The notes under the pieces were generated by a model. That model did no database searches and was not told the DNA's origin. It saw only the letters and a list, made by a program, of their open reading frames with translations. Positions 61,856-64,000 of a DNA stretch of 64,000 nucleotides are shown here, in pieces. This DNA comes from Ramazzottius varieornatus (Eukaryota > Animalia > Tardigrada), in contig BDGG01000001.1 of the NCBI GenBank assembly GCA_001949185.1, positions 572,128-636,127 on the forward strand, given 5' to 3'. The position numbers and the translations under genes were made by a program. Numbering within the stretch: position 1 is the stretch's first letter; every line of letters begins with the position of its first letter.

Positions 61856-63220
61856 ACACTTGGGTTCTCTTACTTCGACTTTAATTTTCTGTTCGTATCG
61901 TGCCGTGTGTTTTGATGTAGTTTTCCAGGCTGTCGGGTCTTTATGTGAAAGATTGCCGACTAGTTTTGGGAGGAAAAGGTACGCTGCGGTACTGTACGCT
62001 GCGATTTGCCAGTTCCTGTCGTACACCAACAATATTGAGCTATATAACAGAACGATGATGAAGAAGGAAAAGAGGCTCCGAATGACCGAGCAGATGTTCG
62101 GTGTCTAACGGAGTCGGTTTTGCTTCTAATGTGTACTGCCTAGTGGCATTGAGGGACTTCGTGCAGTTCTTGTTGGAGCGGTAAGCGGTCTTGGCTTTAC
62201 AACGTCACAGTTTCAGCCCTCCATACATCACAGCGTTACTTTACCGAGTGTTACTCTTGCGCTATTTCGCTTTCAGGTTTGACCCCAAGAACAAAGCGGC
62301 ACTGATATTCTGCAGCAAGGAAGACCTTAGGAGCTTCTTGGGAACCGATCACCCGCTGGTCACTAACTTAGAAAAAACTTCCCAGGATGAATAGAGTGAA
62401 TCAGACATCATTTCAAGTTTTTAACTACAATGAGCAGCTCTTTCCCAGTCGAGTCGATCGAATGCTGTTAGGAAGGTGAACAGGGAATTATAGTCTTCAT
62501 ACGGTCTCCTGACCGACACAAGTAACTTCCGCGATCCCATTACTCACATAGAAATATCAAACGCCCTCAAGCACATTAGCACCATCCTGATACCTGGAAA
62601 GGCGTGCGGGTCTTTCGTTTCCTCTTCCGATTTGCTCTCTCACCCCCGATCTAAGATTATGGTGCCACGGTTTAGCTCCGCGATGACGCGCTCGACTTTA
62701 CTGTTTCTTCTTCAATGGTTGACACCCACACTGCAGTAAGTCACGTTTCAATTTGTAGTTCCATGACCAGATCGGCTGCCGATGAATGAGAAATAGCACT
62801 GCAAGAAGCAGAATAAAATCTTGAAGTTCCTAAAGAGGCAGCTGGAGAAGAAATCGGTCTGTATCCAACTTTATTGGCGGAGGAAATTAACCACGGACAA
62901 ACAGCAACCTTCCAAAATTAGAGGAAGAAAAATGAAAACAATGACGCGTCCAGTTACTGAAGAATATCACACTGATTGGCAAACTGCCACAACGAGATAG
63001 AAGAAGCCAGCTGATGTGCGAGGTACAAAAGTTATGCTGAAGAGCTTACTTCCAGTATTTCACCACACAATGTCCAAGTCTATGCTTTGACTCCACTCTG
63101 CGAACACAGCTATAAACACAAAGCGCAGTCTACTATACAAGCGTCGTCCATGGATCTCGACCTGCATGAATGAGAACTTAAAGTACTAAGATCTTTCGGT
63201 GACTTCCGGTGCTCAGGAGC

Positions 63221-64000
63221 TTAGAAGACGTTCTCCAGGGCTTCAAAGTCCAGAATGGGCCGTTCCTTAATCTCATCAAGCTCAACTTCACCGTAAATCT
63301 TCTCGGCAGACTCCATCGGGTACACTTTGTACGCGGGCTGGTTGGCTTGGAGACTCTAGGATACCAAGAAAGCGAAGATTAGGAATCTCAAATAGAAGTC
63401 AAGGTACTTTATCATGCCTGAACCGAAACAACCCCCTGTTTCCTACTTCAAAAGCCAATAACTTTTAACATTGGGCGATCCAAATAGAAACCATAGTACG
63501 CTGCGCGAGCTGGCCGGTGGTCACTACCCTGTTTTCTACTCGATTATCCCAAATGCGTCAGATCGGGCAGTTTAAATAGACATTCAGGTTCATCGCCTGT
63601 TGTTAAACAGGCAGAGAACCCCGATATCTATTTCTGAAGTCTAGAATGGATGACTATTTTGTCCGTGTTTATTTTGATGGGAAGCTTGTTCGTCAATGTC
63701 AGACTTCAGTGACCCACCTCGCCCTGGTCGATGATCCGGACGAGTGTTCGGAGTATACCGACATCACCTCTGGGTACTTCGACCACCTCGAGGTTCTTCT
63801 CCGTGACCATTTCGCTTTCTGCCGCCATGGAGAACTCGGGGATAACGAGGACGCCGTTCTGGCTCAGACACCTGGCCGCTCGCTTCTGAGATCGCTCTTC
63901 GTGTGTCAGACACACGGCCATCTCGATGGTCTTGGCCAGGATAGCCTGGAGCTTCTCAATCAGGCGTTCCTCGTGCTTCCGCTCGTCCAATAGCACAACT
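63221..64000 (-). CDS. Medium-chain dehydrogenase/reductase (ADH-like), last two exons; 5' part outside the window
   Basis: 'RAARCLSQNGVLVI...LRTLVRIIDQGE|...YKVYPMESAEKIY...IKERPILDF' resembles the MDR C-terminal pattern; GT-AG intron about 63357-63719. Confidence 0.5.

Noticed and set aside
62270-63100. Possible LINE relic ('PITHIEISNALKHI...PGK')
   Set aside because: Only one weak motif and no RT core; not supportable.
1-64000. Bacterial-type operon or horizontally transferred defence system
   Set aside because: All supported genes are animal-type and mostly intron-containing; the RT belongs to a non-LTR retrotransposon, not a retron or DGR.

Overview
Eukaryotic (animal) genomic DNA with about 45-48% GC by eye and many short GT-AG introns (mostly 55-100 nt). 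The compact introns, expanded intronless GPCR family and overall style suggest a tardigrade such as Ramazzottius, but this is inference only. Intact-looking genes: two tandem SLC2/GLUT-like transporters, a PRKX/PKA-C3-like kinase, two Ly6/three-finger-fold membrane proteins, TRAPPC13, NAA10 and the 3' end of an MDR-type dehydrogenase. A probable SMYD-like SET gene sits at the left edge. Relics include two more GLUT copies, a GPCR and an HP1 chromoshadow domain. The rest is dense with transposons: a pogo-like element nested in a MITE, its 503-bp deletion derivative, a Tc1 DD34E element, a Harbinger transposase, a CRE-clade non-LTR retrotransposon and many TA-flanked MITEs, several sharing a TA|CGAGG terminus. 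No rRNA, tRNA or CRISPR was seen. The best candidate for a novel system is the GLUT cluster, which keeps the transport-switch motifs but has replaced essentially all hexose-binding residues. Other candidates are a kinase-less receptor-like three-finger protein, a palindromic MITE with two CTCF-like motifs, and a hairpin enclosing the TRAPPC13 start codon. All alignments and exon models were made by eye.
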